DNA of 22,234 nucleotides from a virus (Duplodnaviria; Heunggongvirae; Uroviricota; Caudoviricetes): IMG/VR virus record IMGVR_UViG_2718218227_000001; one strand, 5' to 3'. Shown piece by piece: positions 1 to 10,734 of this stretch (position 1 is its first letter; each line of letters starts with the position of its first letter). The notes under the pieces were generated by a model. It saw only the letters and a program-made list of their open reading frames with translations, ran no database searches and was not told where the DNA came from. The position numbers and the translations under genes were made by a program.

Positions 1-1206
1 ATGGGATATAAAGTAAAGAAATTCATCATGAGTAGTGGAGAGCGAGGATGCCTGATCCTTGATAAAAAAAGTAATCTACCAACTTACTATCAAAATCTAT
101 TTCTTACTACAGACATAAGAAATAGAGGCGCAACGGCCTCAACGATGGAAATAGTTGCAACTAACTTACTAATTTTCAGTAATTTCTTGGATGGTAGGGG
201 AATTGATATAATTGAGAGAGTTGAACTTAAAAAATATCTCAGCGTTGCAGAAATAGATGATCTGGTAAGATATGCGAAACAAAGATTCGACAGACAAAAA
301 ATCATAAATATAAAATCGACAAATTATAGGTTTATTGCGAAGAGAACCTTTAGTTATAGAATACACGTTTTTTCACGCTACCTTAAGTGGTTATGTGGAT
401 TAGTTCATTCGTCAAAGGGGATTCATGCAAAGTATGAAGTAGACGTATTTATTGAAAGTATCAGAGCACATATTCCAAGAAACAGTTCATTGAATATGAA
501 TGAAATATCTGAAAAATCGTTGAATGAAGAAGAGATCAAAGTGCTTTTCCGTCTATTGGAAATTGGCGGGATTGAAAACCCTTTCCATAAGGAAGTACAG
601 GTCAGGAACAGACTAATATTTACCTTGCTCTTAAATTTAGGTTTAAGGGCTGGAGAGTTGCTCAATCTTAAAATAGATGATTTTGATCTCAGAGACAACA
701 CTTTAAGTGTAGTCAGAAGACATGATTCAAAAGAAGATGGAAGATCTTATCAACCATTAGTAAAGACTGGAGAAAGGGTTATTCCGTTATCTGATGAGTT
801 AGCCCGTGAAATTTTTGATTACATAAGCAATAGCAGAGAAAAAATGACAAAAAGGAAAAAGCATAATTTCTTATTTGTGGCTCATTGCACCGGAAAAAAC
901 GCAGGAGAACCCTTAAGCATTTCAGCTTATGAGAAGGTGATATCAACACTGAAACGAGCAAGTCCAGAGCTATATAATCTTTCAGGCCATAGGTTAAGGC
1001 ACTCTTGGAATTATATGTATTCTAAAGGAATAGAAGGTGCTGAATTAGAATATAATAGAAGGAAAGATTTAAGGAATTATTTAATGGGTTGGTCAAAGGA
1101 GTCAATAATGTGTGATAGATACAACTATAAATATATATCGCAACAAGAGAAGGATGTCGTCCTAAAGGTCTATAAATCAGTAAGTAAAATAATTAGTGGA
1201 GTTTAG
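1..1206 (+). CDS. Tyrosine recombinase (phage-integrase family), first of three tandem recombinase genes
   Basis: 401-aa ORF starting at window position 1. Translation shows the tyrosine-recombinase catalytic pattern: box I Arg (LGLRAGELLNL), Lys in KTGERVIPL, HxxR (GHRLRHSW), W (GWSKES) and the tyrosine region (DRYNYKY). The upstream boundary of the element is outside the window. Confidence 0.8.
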   Translation: MGYKVKKFIMSSGERGCLILDKKSNLPTYYQNLFLTTDIRNRGATASTMEIVATNLLIFSNFLDGRGIDIIERVELKKYLSVAEIDDLVRYAKQRFDRQKIINIKSTNYRFIAKRTFSYRIHVFSRYLKWLCGLVHSSKGIHAKYEVDVFIESIRAHIPRNSSLNMNEISEKSLNEEEIKVLFRLLEIGGIENPFHKEVQVRNRLIFTLLLNLGLRAGELLNLKIDDFDLRDNTLSVVRRHDSKEDGRSYQPLVKTGERVIPLSDELAREIFDYISNSREKMTKRKKHNFLFVAHCTGKNAGEPLSISAYEKVISTLKRASPELYNLSGHRLRHSWNYMYSKGIEGAELEYNRRKDLRNYLMGWSKESIMCDRYNYKYISQQEKDVVLKVYKSVSKIISGV

Positions 1207-1207
1207 T

Positions 1208-2521
1208 ATGGAAAACAAATGTATTGAAAGTGAGCAAATCTTTTTTGCTAAGATGAACAGGTATAGTTTCAAACTGTCAGATAAGAAATGGCAACTGGAT
1301 AAAGAAAACTGCGTATACCCTCATAAAGTTGTAGATAGAATGCCTACAAAAATGAAACTTAGCTACTTAAAAACATTGGCTTACTATGCGTCTGAATATA
1401 GTTCTTTTTATATTCAAAGTATTAACAATCTATTTTATGAGTGGTTTGGTGCGATGACTATCGATACTATTGATGACAAAGCAATATATCAATTGAATGT
1501 TTATTTAGGTTCAGAAAGAAACTACAAACTAAACTTAATTAAGGCTTTCATCATTAAATGGAAAAATCTCAATTACCCTGGGGTAGAAGCGACTGCCATT
1601 AGAATGCTGGAGAAAATAAAAATCATTCCAAACCAAACAGGAGATGCAGTTAAAAGACGAGATCCAAATAAAGGACCTTTAACTGAAGCGGAATTCAATA
1701 ACATCATTAACGCCGTTGGAAAATTTTATCATGAGAAGAAAATTCAATGCTTTTTGTATTGTTATATCCTTTTGCTGGCAATAACAGGAAGAAGGCCATT
1801 ACAATTAATATCTCTAAAAGCTAAAGATCTCATTAAAAATGAGAGAGGGTGCTTTTTGAATGTACCAAAAGTAAAACAAAGAAAATGTTTCAGAAAAGAA
1901 TTTAACATGGTTATGATAGAGCCGTTCTTATATGACAGCTTATCAATGCTAATTAATCAAAATCAGGCGTTTGTTGAAGATAAATTCAGTGTTGGGATTA
2001 GTAACTATAGAGGCGAATTACCAATCTTCATGAATTTAGATAAGATTACGGAAACAAAAAGGATTGAGGATTTTTTATATGATTTAACAACAGATTTTTT
2101 CCATATGAAAAATTCAGTTATGTCAAAACTATTAAAACACTTTCCGTCAAAATTCGATGTTAGGTCAGAAAGGACTAACAGCTATATAGAACTTAATGCT
2201 AGAAGATTCAGATATACGTTAGGAAGTCGACTGGCTAATGAAGGAGCCTCAATTGAGGTGATTGCTAAAGCGTTAGATCATAAATCAGTAAACTCTTCTA
2301 TAATATATATAAAAAATAATCCTGACAACGTTTATGACATCGATAAGAGACTAAGTGCGTTTTTTAACCCCTTATCTAATATACTTATGGGCATAGAGAT
2401 TGAAGAAAACAAGAACTTTTTTATCAAGTTTGTTTCAGATGCATTTTTCTTATTGGAAGATACGAAAGAGGATTTGAAATGTTTAACGTGTAAAAAATTC
2501 AATCCCTGGAGAGCATTATGA
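1208..2521 (+). CDS. Tyrosine recombinase-like protein, second of trio (variant active-site residues)
   Basis: ATG at 1208 lies 2 nt after the upstream stop (1204-1206), with GGAG at 1197-1200; the ORF track starts at an in-frame GTG at 1196. Box I Arg (ITGRRPLQLISL) is present; RRFRYT replaces the usual HxxRH, and a downstream DHKS...IIYIK supplies His/Tyr. Confidence 0.7.
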   Translation: MENKCIESEQIFFAKMNRYSFKLSDKKWQLDKENCVYPHKVVDRMPTKMKLSYLKTLAYYASEYSSFYIQSINNLFYEWFGAMTIDTIDDKAIYQLNVYLGSERNYKLNLIKAFIIKWKNLNYPGVEATAIRMLEKIKIIPNQTGDAVKRRDPNKGPLTEAEFNNIINAVGKFYHEKKIQCFLYCYILLLAITGRRPLQLISLKAKDLIKNERGCFLNVPKVKQRKCFRKEFNMVMIEPFLYDSLSMLINQNQAFVEDKFSVGISNYRGELPIFMNLDKITETKRIEDFLYDLTTDFFHMKNSVMSKLLKHFPSKFDVRSERTNSYIELNARRFRYTLGSRLANEGASIEVIAKALDHKSVNSSIIYIKNNPDNVYDIDKRLSAFFNPLSNILMGIEIEENKNFFIKFVSDAFFLLEDTKEDLKCLTCKKFNPWRAL

Positions 2522-4149
2522 ACAATATATTTATTTTTGAACCAAGCAATAAAAACAACCCTCTCGATAATGTTATTAAGTTTATCGAGTTTTGTAAGAG
2601 TACTATTTCTAATAATAATTTAACAACTTCATGGGAAAGCAATAAATGGAAAGGTTTATATAGGTTTACTAAGTTTAACTCAAAAAACAACCTAAACAGC
2701 AAGGAGTGCTTAGATGATAGCTTTATTAATTTTGCTAAAGCATATATGTTGCATGTGCATTCATTCAATAAATCTAAGACGAAACACTCAACATTATCAA
2801 TGTTGAAGATTGTCGAATTCGTTTTACTTAAAATCAATATGGAAGCTAATGTAAACTATTGCAACAATTCAATCTATGATGAATGCATAAGGATAGCCTC
2901 TGAAAAGTATTCTAAAGCACATGCATTTGCTATTGGGAAAGAACTTGAGAAATTGAGTTCATTTTTAAATGATAATAGGATGACTAACTCATTTTATTTA
3001 TTTTGGGTAAATCCAATTAGGTATAGGATTACTCAGTCTTGGACTGGTTATGATTCTTCACTGGAAGGCCATTCTAGATTGCCTGATATCAAATCAGTTA
3101 TTGCGATTGCTGAGATTTTTTCAAAGCGGGATGAACAATTATCGTCAAGAGATATATTTACTACATCTGTGCTTGCTTTACTTATGTGTGCACCGAGTAG
3201 GATATCGGAAATTTTAGCTTTGCCAGCGGATTGTGAAATCACAGAATGTGATGGAAAGGGCATTCAAAGATACGGTTTAAGATTTTTTTCAGCAAAAGGG
3301 TATGAAGGCAATATAAAATGGATTCCAACTTTAATGATACCTGTAGCTAAAAAGGCTATTAGCAGATTAAAAGAATTATCAAGTCAAGCGAGGTTATTGG
3401 CTGCTGAAATTCAAAAGAATTACTCTAATTCAACGAAGGGAACCCTTAAAGAAAATATACCTCCTGATCTCTTTTGGTATGATAGAGAGAAGAAAATCAA
3501 ATATTCTAATGCGCTTTGCTTGTTAACTGAAGGACAGTTAAATCAAAATAAAAAGGAAATGTCAGATAAATTATTCAGACCTACAACGAATTTTTTTAAA
3601 ACTGATATCATTGATTCTGATTATATAAAAGGGTATTTTAATGTTTTTAAAAGACATGGTTATATAAATGAAGATGGTAGCCCATATTTGCTAAGAACAC
3701 ATCAACTAAGGCATCTTCTCAACACATTTGCTCAAATAAATGGTATGGATGAATTTAGTATTGCTCGCTGGTCTGGACGTAAGCTTATTTCTCAAAATGT
3801 TTCTTATGACCACAGATCGCATCTTCAAATGTCTAAAGCAATAAGAGAAAAAAAGTTATCAGTATGTGTTAATGAGCACAGAATAAAGGATATTCCAGTA
3901 GTGGATCTTAATGAGTTTGACTCACTTAGTAGTGGTGCAGTACTTGTATCAAAACATGGCTACTGCAAGCACTCATATGCGTTTAAGCCGTGTGATAATT
4001 ATCCAATTAAGAACTCTGGTTTAGATAACGAAACGATTTCAAATATCCACGATAAAATTTTAAAAAGAACACTGTATGATAAAAATGATGGGAACATAAA
4101 TGCTGATAAATGGTATGAATTCCATAAAAAAATAAAAAAAGGAGAATAA
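2518..4149 (+). CDS. Tyrosine recombinase, third of trio
   Basis: ATGA start/stop overlap with the upstream gene (2518-2521). Motifs: Arg in APSRISEILAL, HxxR in THQLRHLLNT, W in ARWSGRK, Tyr in NVSYDHRSH. 543 aa with a C-terminal extension. Confidence 0.8.
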   Translation: MNNIFIFEPSNKNNPLDNVIKFIEFCKSTISNNNLTTSWESNKWKGLYRFTKFNSKNNLNSKECLDDSFINFAKAYMLHVHSFNKSKTKHSTLSMLKIVEFVLLKINMEANVNYCNNSIYDECIRIASEKYSKAHAFAIGKELEKLSSFLNDNRMTNSFYLFWVNPIRYRITQSWTGYDSSLEGHSRLPDIKSVIAIAEIFSKRDEQLSSRDIFTTSVLALLMCAPSRISEILALPADCEITECDGKGIQRYGLRFFSAKGYEGNIKWIPTLMIPVAKKAISRLKELSSQARLLAAEIQKNYSNSTKGTLKENIPPDLFWYDREKKIKYSNALCLLTEGQLNQNKKEMSDKLFRPTTNFFKTDIIDSDYIKGYFNVFKRHGYINEDGSPYLLRTHQLRHLLNTFAQINGMDEFSIARWSGRKLISQNVSYDHRSHLQMSKAIREKKLSVCVNEHRIKDIPVVDLNEFDSLSSGAVLVSKHGYCKHSYAFKPCDNYPIKNSGLDNETISNIHDKILKRTLYDKNDGNINADKWYEFHKKIKKGE

Positions 4150-4548
4150 ATGGCTAAGCATATAAATGGTTATCATGAGAAGAAGATTGTAGATGTTATT
4201 AACACATGGTCTATAGATGAAAAACTAACCTGGAATGCTTTGTGCGATAGGTTAGTCAGGGTTATTGGGAAAAGACCATCAAGACAATCCTTAAGTAGTC
4301 ATGTAAGGATTGCGGAAAGCTTCAATGTGAAAAAAACCACAATCAAATCTGGTGTAATACACACTGTAAAACCTGCTAATTTAAAAGTGGCTTCTCAACG
4401 AATTAAAAGACTTGAAGCAGAAAATGAAGCTTTGAAGGCATTAAATGAACGCTATTTAGAGCAGTTCAAAGTATGGCTTTATAATGCTCACCTTAAACAA
4501 ATAACGATTGAAGAACTTAATAATCCGTTACCTGCAAAATACCTTTAA
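4150..4548 (+). CDS. Small protein co-transcribed with the recombinase trio; possible DNA-binding / directionality factor with C-terminal coiled coil
   Basis: Starts 1 nt after the stop of the third recombinase (taaATG). 132 aa; the C-terminal half has a heptad-like pattern (RIKRLEAENEALKALNERYLEQF). Function is inferred from position only. Confidence 0.5.
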   Translation: MAKHINGYHEKKIVDVINTWSIDEKLTWNALCDRLVRVIGKRPSRQSLSSHVRIAESFNVKKTTIKSGVIHTVKPANLKVASQRIKRLEAENEALKALNERYLEQFKVWLYNAHLKQITIEELNNPLPAKYL

Positions 4549-4588
4549 TAAAATTGATAGGTTTTAGCTATTGACATGGTGAAATATT

Positions 4589-5059
4589 ATGTTATTTATT
4601 TTCTTGTCAGGACGACAAAATTTCACTATTGCAAGGATGCATATTATGGACAAAACAAATATTAACTTAATGGAAAGGTATCTTCTTCTGCTTGATCGAT
4701 TCGTTGATAAACTCGCTGAATCAGGTTTCTCAGAGCAACGAATTATCGAACAATCATATCTTTTTTGTGCAGGATTTTATATCAAATACCAGAGTGGTAT
4801 AGAAAAAATGACCTTCTCCAACAGGGAGGTTGTTTTAACCTTTCTGCTACTTTCATATTATAGTCATATAAATAAACTGGATGATGATTTGATCAACAAA
4901 GAGCGTATGAAGCATGTATGTTCTTCATTGATTAACTTTATAGTCAGTAATGGTAGCCGAACAGAGAAAGTCTATGCTAATGAGAAAAGGAAATATGAGG
5001 CTTCAACTCTAAAAAGAGAATTATCGAAAAAGGATAAAAGGAAAAGATATAGGTTGTAG
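4589..5059 (+). CDS. Hypothetical protein (cargo of the recombinase element); start uncertain
   Basis: ORF in AT-rich DNA on the same strand as the recombinase operon. Alternative starts at 4637 and 4646 (AGGA 9 nt upstream of 4646). Lys/Arg-rich C-terminal tail. No family recognised. Confidence 0.4.
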   Translation: MLFIFLSGRQNFTIARMHIMDKTNINLMERYLLLLDRFVDKLAESGFSEQRIIEQSYLFCAGFYIKYQSGIEKMTFSNREVVLTFLLLSYYSHINKLDDDLINKERMKHVCSSLINFIVSNGSRTEKVYANEKRKYEASTLKRELSKKDKRKRYRL

Positions 5060-5454
5060 TGTTTGTATGATTTTCATTAGACTTACTTAATCTATAGTCT
5101 AAATTTTAATATTAGATTCGTAAATCTATAATTCCATGAATCTAATTAATGCTTAAAAGCATCCTCTAAGATGCTTTTACTGTTACCATGCATACATACC
5201 CAGAACCTTTAACAAACGATAATAGAGGGGAGTTGTGTATAACAACTCCCTGACCTTACTAAGGTTAGCGATGTTATTCAGCATCATTCTGTCAAAGATT
5301 TAATTTCTTTGAAAAATACTAATTCTACCCCTTAAGTTAATAACTTCTGCTTGATCGTGTATTTTGGTAAGTTGGAGTACAATTTTTTGATTGGATCGTC
5401 AATAAGAAAAAGCTAGAATCCTTAGAAGGACATAGATTTTCATAGGGTTAAGAT

Positions 5455-6741
<1,287 letters not shown>

Positions 6742-6758
6742 TTTATGTTTCTGTAAAA

Positions 6759-6790
6759 AGCCCGTAGGTATCAACTGCGGGCTAAATTTT
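6759..6790. terminator. Candidate bidirectional intrinsic terminator between convergent genes
   Basis: Hairpin AGCCCG(6759-6764) / CGGGCT(6778-6783) flanked by an A-run upstream and AAATTTT downstream; sits between the stop of the PE-repeat gene (6741) and the stop of the minus-strand lipoprotein ORF (6817). Confidence 0.4.
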
Positions 6791-6816
6791 CCCTTGATGC
6801 TGGTTTTGTCTTTTAT

Positions 6817-7212
6817 CTAAAAAATGCCAGTCTTCACGTTGCTTGTTCCAGCATTAAAGATGTATGTGCTGACTTTTTCGCCTTTGAAAGAAACTGTCAG
6901 AGATTTAGTTTGTGAGTCTGCGCCACCTGCAAGCAGTCCCACAACGGGGATGAAAGAGGTTGCTTTGGACTGGCTGTTATACATAGTGTATGACCATTGT
7001 TCTTCACCATCGATCAAAGAACGGCTGTCAGGTTCACCGAACGATGCTAACACGTCCTGTTTTGTAGTTTTGCCTTTAACAATTTTGGTTTTCACACTTT
7101 CCTGCGTCTCATTTTTCAATGACTGGTTGCCTACTGAAGAACAACCTGCCAAGGTCAGAAAAACGAATCTATATGAGAGTTTTTTGTACCTGAGACTAAA
7201 TCGCCCTCCCAA
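6817..7212 (-). CDS. Putative lipoprotein; 5' end fused to IS30-derived sequence (probably 5'-truncated)
   Basis: Translation has a lipobox (FLTLAGCSS) and a glycine-zipper-like segment (VVGLLAGGA). The TTG start at 7212 and the first 14 codons lie inside IS30 sequence in a different frame from the transposase, so the native N-terminus was probably lost. Confidence 0.4.
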   Translation of the reverse strand: MGGRFSLRYKKLSYRFVFLTLAGCSSVGNQSLKNETQESVKTKIVKGKTTKQDVLASFGEPDSRSLIDGEEQWSYTMYNSQSKATSFIPVVGLLAGGADSQTKSLTVSFKGEKVSTYIFNAGTSNVKTGIF

Positions 7213-7910
7213 TGCCCTAGAGAGCGTCTGTTATCGATATTTCGGGAACGTTCGTGAATTGGTGTTCCGTTCACTATGTTAATCGTACCTCTTTCGCCTT
7301 TGCGGGTATGACGCCTGCCATGGCGAAGGCTATGCGACCGTCGCAGATGCTGTATATTCAGGTGGTGTAGCGCTTCACGGCTACGAAAGTACAGCGTTTT
7401 ATAAATTGTCTCAGGTGATATTCGCAGCGTTTTTTGACGTGGTTTTGTTCGCCTTAACCATCCTGATATTTGCTCTGGAGACCATTTCATCTCCAGCTTT
7501 TCCAGAACAAGCTTTCGCAATGGTAAATTTTGATCCAGTAAGCACGGTTTTGGCCTTTTCGCCATTCTGTTGGCTCGGTTATTAGCATCAACAGCTTTGT
7601 AATAGCGTCTGCCCCGATTACGCTGAACTTCACGTGAGATCGTCGAAGGACTGCGATTCAGCGCAGTAGCTATCGCACGAATGCTCATTTTGGCTGACAA
7701 ACCAGCTCGTATCTCCTCGCGCTCAGACAGTGTCAGGTGAGCTACAGCCCGCTTACGCTCATGGGGTTTTATGCCGCCAGTATCCCTTAACATAGTGAAG
7801 ATCGTTCCGGGTTTTGAACCCAGGATATTCGCTATTTCACTGAAGCCTGTTCCGTTCTTCCATAGTTCAAAAACAGAGGCTTTTTCCTCTGCTGTAAATG
7901 TTCGTCTCAT
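7155..7910 (-). pseudogene. insI: IS30 transposase, 3'-truncated (about 248 of about 383 codons retained)
   Basis: 251-aa ORF; homology to IS30 transposase ends after NSHI, followed by 4 unrelated codons and a stop. The catalytic DDE region is missing. Confidence 0.8.
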
Positions 7911-7972
7911 TCAAAAAACCTCCGCAACCCCATGTTTTCACATAACTGTTGCGTTGACCAATTGAATCTACA
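7170..7972 (-). mobile_element. IS30 fragment (left inverted repeat plus about two-thirds of the transposase gene); 3' part deleted
   Basis: Plus strand 7948-7972 (gttgcgttgaccaattgaatctaca) is the reverse complement of the IS30 terminal inverted repeat as I remember it (TGTAGATTCAATTGGTCAACGCAAC). The translation matches the IS30 transposase N-terminus (MRRTFTAEEKASVFELWKNG...) up to ...SGTKNSHI and then diverges at about 7170. Confidence 0.85.
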
Positions 7973-7990
7973 GTGGTCTGTTTTAATATT

Positions 7991-8062
7991 TCTATTTCTA
8001 TTTCTATTTCTATTTCTATTTCTATTTCTATTTCTATTTCTATTTCTATTTCTATTTCTATT
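7991..8062. repeat. Hexanucleotide microsatellite (TCTATT)12
   Basis: Directly visible: 12 perfect tandem copies, 19 bp outside the IS30 inverted-repeat tip and about 195 bp upstream of the HNH/ninG start. It creates the artefactual FL-repeat ORF 7932..8198. Confidence 0.95.
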
Positions 8063-8257
8063 TGTTGTGATTTTTTCTTTAGTTCATGTATTTCGATTTG
8101 TTTCTGAATTATCGGGGGTAGTGTCTTCCCTTTTCCCTGAGGCTTATCATGCAGTTATTTTCGCCATCTTGGTATTGTGGAAATACCGACATCCATAGCT
8201 TTGGTGAGCTCTGTTCAGGTGGCCAAATTCAGAAAACCATTACGGAGGAAGAAGGCG

Positions 8258-8824
8258 ATGGCTAAACCAGCGCGAAGACGATGTAACCGTAAAAGAGAAG
8301 ATTTAACTGTTAAAAGGATATTTGAGTTACTAAGTTTCGATAAATCTACCGGGGTATTTAGATGGAAAGTTCCCACTCAGGGAAGGATAGCATTAAATAG
8401 TGTTGCTGGAGCTTTTGATTCCAACGGTTATTCAATGATCATGATAGATGGGCGTAGATATAAAACTCACGTCTTAGTTTTTTACATAACTCATAATCGT
8501 TGGCCTGCTGGTCAAATTGACCACGTTAATGGAATTAGGACCGACAATAGGCCAGAAAATTTAAGAGAATGCCTGCCAATAGAAAATTCAAGAAATATAA
8601 GGATCCGAAAGAATAGCAAATCAGGTTGCAGAGGGGTTACTTGGCACAAACGACAGAAAAAATGGAATGTTAGGCTAGGATTCCATGGCAAGAGTAAACA
8701 CTTCGGATGCTTTGATGATCTGGAGTTAGCGGTACTAGTTGCTGAAGAAGCCCGAGATAAGTATTACGGTGATTTTTCCGGCAACGAAAGGAGCACTTAT
8801 GCGAATCTATCGAAGGAAATGTAA
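8258..8824 (+). CDS. HNH homing-endonuclease-like protein (HNH plus AP2-like domain) carrying a NinG-type N-terminus
   Basis: ATG at 8258 preceded by GGAGGAAGAAGG. Begins MAKPARRRC, which is the lambda NinG N-terminus as I remember it, then an HNH-type segment ([16 protein letters not shown]) and an AP2-like C-terminal region ([30 protein letters not shown]). Overlaps the ninG start. Confidence 0.7.
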   Translation: MAKPARRRCNRKREDLTVKRIFELLSFDKSTGVFRWKVPTQGRIALNSVAGAFDSNGYSMIMIDGRRYKTHVLVFYITHNRWPAGQIDHVNGIRTDNRPENLRECLPIENSRNIRIRKNSKSGCRGVTWHKRQKKWNVRLGFHGKSKHFGCFDDLELAVLVAEEARDKYYGDFSGNERSTYANLSKEM

Positions 8825-9410
8825 ATGTTGCAATGAATGGTTTATACCAAAATATCAAAATCAATATTGGTGTAATGAGATTTGTGGAACCAAGATAGCA
8901 CTCGAACGACGAAGTAAAGAACGCGAAAAAGCGGAAAAGGCAGAAAAGGCAGCAGAGAAGAAACGACGACGAGAGGAGCAGAAACAGAAAGATAAACTTA
9001 AGATTCAAAAACTCGCCTTAAAGCCCCGCAGTTACTGGATTAAACAAGCCCAACAAGCCGTACACGCCTTCATCAGAGAAAGAGACCGCGACTTACCATG
9101 TATCTCGTGCGGAACGCTCACGTCTGCTCAGTGGGATGCCGGACATTACCGGACAACTGCTGCGGCACCTCAACTCCGATTTGATGAACGCAATATTCAC
9201 AAGCAATGCGTGGTGTGCAACCAGCACAAAAGCGGAAATCTCGTTCCGTATCGCGTCGAACTGATTAGCCGCATCGGGCAGGAAGCAGTAGAGGAAATCG
9301 AATCAAACCATAACCGCTATCGCTGGACTGTCGAAGAGTGCAGGGCCATCAAGGCGGAGTATCAACAGAAACTTAAAAAACTGCGAAACAGCAGAAGTGA
9401 GGTTGCATGA
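8799..9410 (+). CDS. ninG: NinG (Rap) recombination protein, lambda type
   Basis: ATG at 8799 with AAGGAG 5 nt upstream. From ...[19 protein letters not shown] to the C-terminus the protein matches lambda NinG as I remember it; the N-terminal roughly 25 residues are an AT-rich variant ([29 protein letters not shown]). Confidence 0.85.
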   Translation: MRIYRRKCKCCNEWFIPKYQNQYWCNEICGTKIALERRSKEREKAEKAEKAAEKKRRREEQKQKDKLKIQKLALKPRSYWIKQAQQAVHAFIRERDRDLPCISCGTLTSAQWDAGHYRTTAAAPQLRFDERNIHKQCVVCNQHKSGNLVPYRVELISRIGQEAVEEIESNHNRYRWTVEECRAIKAEYQQKLKKLRNSRSEVA

Positions 9411-10072
9411 ATATCTACGAAAGAATTGATGGCAGCAAATACCGAAATATTTGGGTAGTTGGCGATCTGCACGGATGCTACACGAACCTGATGAAAAAAC
9501 TGGAGACGATAGGATTCGACACCAAAAAAGACCTGCTTATCTCGGTGGGCGATTTGGTTGATCGCGGTACAGAGAACGTAGAATGCCTGGAATTAATCAC
9601 ATTCCCCTGGTTCAGAGCTGTACGTGGAAACCATGAGCAAATGATGATTGATGGCTTATCAGAGCGTGGAAACGTCAATCACTGGCTGCTTAATGGCGGT
9701 GGCTGGTTCTTTAATCTCGATTACGACAAAGAAATTCTGGCTAAAGCTCTTGCCCATAAAGCAGATGAACTTCCGTTAATCATCGAACTGGTGAGTAAAG
9801 GAAAAAAATATGTCATCTGCCACGCCGATTATCCTTGTGATAAATACGAGTTTGGAAAGCCAGTTGATCATCAGCAGGTAATCTGGAACCGCGAACGAAT
9901 CAGCAACTCACAAGACGGGATCGTGAAAGAAATCAAAGGCGCGGACACGTTCATCTTTGGTCATACGCCAGCAGTGAAACCACTCAAATTTGCCAACCAG
10001 ATGTATATCGATACTGGCGCAGTGTTCTGCGGAAACCTCACATTGATTCAGGTACAGGGAGAAGGCGCATGA
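9407..10072 (+). CDS. Ser/Thr protein phosphatase (lambda orf221 / PPase type, calcineurin-like)
   Basis: ATGA overlap with ninG. Metallophosphatase motifs GDLHG, GDLVDRG and GNHE are present; 221 aa as in lambda. Confidence 0.85.
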   Translation: MNIYERIDGSKYRNIWVVGDLHGCYTNLMKKLETIGFDTKKDLLISVGDLVDRGTENVECLELITFPWFRAVRGNHEQMMIDGLSERGNVNHWLLNGGGWFFNLDYDKEILAKALAHKADELPLIIELVSKGKKYVICHADYPCDKYEFGKPVDHQQVIWNRERISNSQDGIVKEIKGADTFIFGHTPAVKPLKFANQMYIDTGAVFCGNLTLIQVQGEGA

Positions 10073-10692
10073 GACTCGAAAGCGTAGCTAAATTTCATTC
10101 GCCAAAAAGCCCGATGATGAGCGACTCACCACGGGCCACGGCTTCTGACTCTCTTTCCGGTACTGATGTGATGGCTGCTATGGGGATGGCGCAATCACAA
10201 GCCGGATTCGGAATGGCTGTATTCTGTGGTAAGCACGAACTCAGCCAGAACGACAAACAAAAGGCTATCAACTATCTGATGCAATTTGCACACAAGGTAT
10301 CGGGGAAATACCGTGGCGTGGCAAAGCTTGAAGGAAATACTAAGGCAAAGGTACTGCAAGTGCTCGCAACATTCGCTTATGCGGATTATTGCCGTAGTGC
10401 CGCTACGCCGGGCGCAAGATGCAGAGATTGCCACGGTACAGGCCGTGCGGTTGATATAGCCAAAACAGAGCAGTGGGGGATAGTTGCTGAGAAAGAGTGC
10501 GGAAGATGTAAAGGCGTCGGTTATTCAAGAATGCCAGCAAGCGCCGCATATCGCGCTGTGACGATGCTAATCCCAAACCTTACCCAACCCACCTGGTCAC
10601 GCACTGTTAAGCCGCTGTATGACGCTCTGGTTGTGCAATGCCACAAGGAAGAGTCAATCGCAGACAACATTTTGAATGCGATCACACGTTAG
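10069..10692 (+). CDS. Q: Late-gene antiterminator Q (lambda type)
   Basis: ATGA overlap with the phosphatase gene. 207 aa starting [21 protein letters not shown]..., with the zinc-finger cysteines CRDCHGTG...CGRCKG; this matches lambda Q from memory. Confidence 0.8.
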   Translation: MRLESVAKFHSPKSPMMSDSPRATASDSLSGTDVMAAMGMAQSQAGFGMAVFCGKHELSQNDKQKAINYLMQFAHKVSGKYRGVAKLEGNTKAKVLQVLATFAYADYCRSAATPGARCRDCHGTGRAVDIAKTEQWGIVAEKECGRCKGVGYSRMPASAAYRAVTMLIPNLTQPTWSRTVKPLYDALVVQCHKEESIADNILNAITR

Positions 10693-10734
10693 CGCCATGA
10701 TTGCCACGGATGGCAACATATTAACGGCATAATA

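Noticed and set aside
90-961. Minus-strand ORFs 90..305, 169..366, 423..701 and 779..961 inside the first recombinase gene
   Set aside because: Short, low-complexity ORFs fully nested antisense to a well-supported recombinase gene in AT-rich DNA, where stop-free stretches arise by chance.
2499-3263. Minus-strand ORFs 2499..2837 and 3048..3263 antisense to the third recombinase
   Set aside because: Same reasoning: nested antisense ORFs with no ribosome-binding site or motif support.
4571-4599. TTGACA at 4571-4576 as a promoter for the first cargo gene
   Set aside because: No acceptable -10 hexamer at 16-18 bp spacing; left as unsupported.
6824-7282. Plus-strand ORF 6824..7282
   Set aside because: Lies antisense across the lipoprotein ORF and the IS30 junction; no motif, and the opposite strand has a lipobox.
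7932-8198. ORF 7932..8198 encoding an FL-repeat peptide; also ORF 7771..7965
   Set aside because: Created by the (TCTATT)12 array and the IS30 end; not a credible protein.
8177-8257. Upstream extension of the HNH ORF (MEIPTSIALVSS...)
   Set aside because: The ATG at 8258 has a strong ribosome-binding site and starts the NinG-like N-terminus; the extension has neither.
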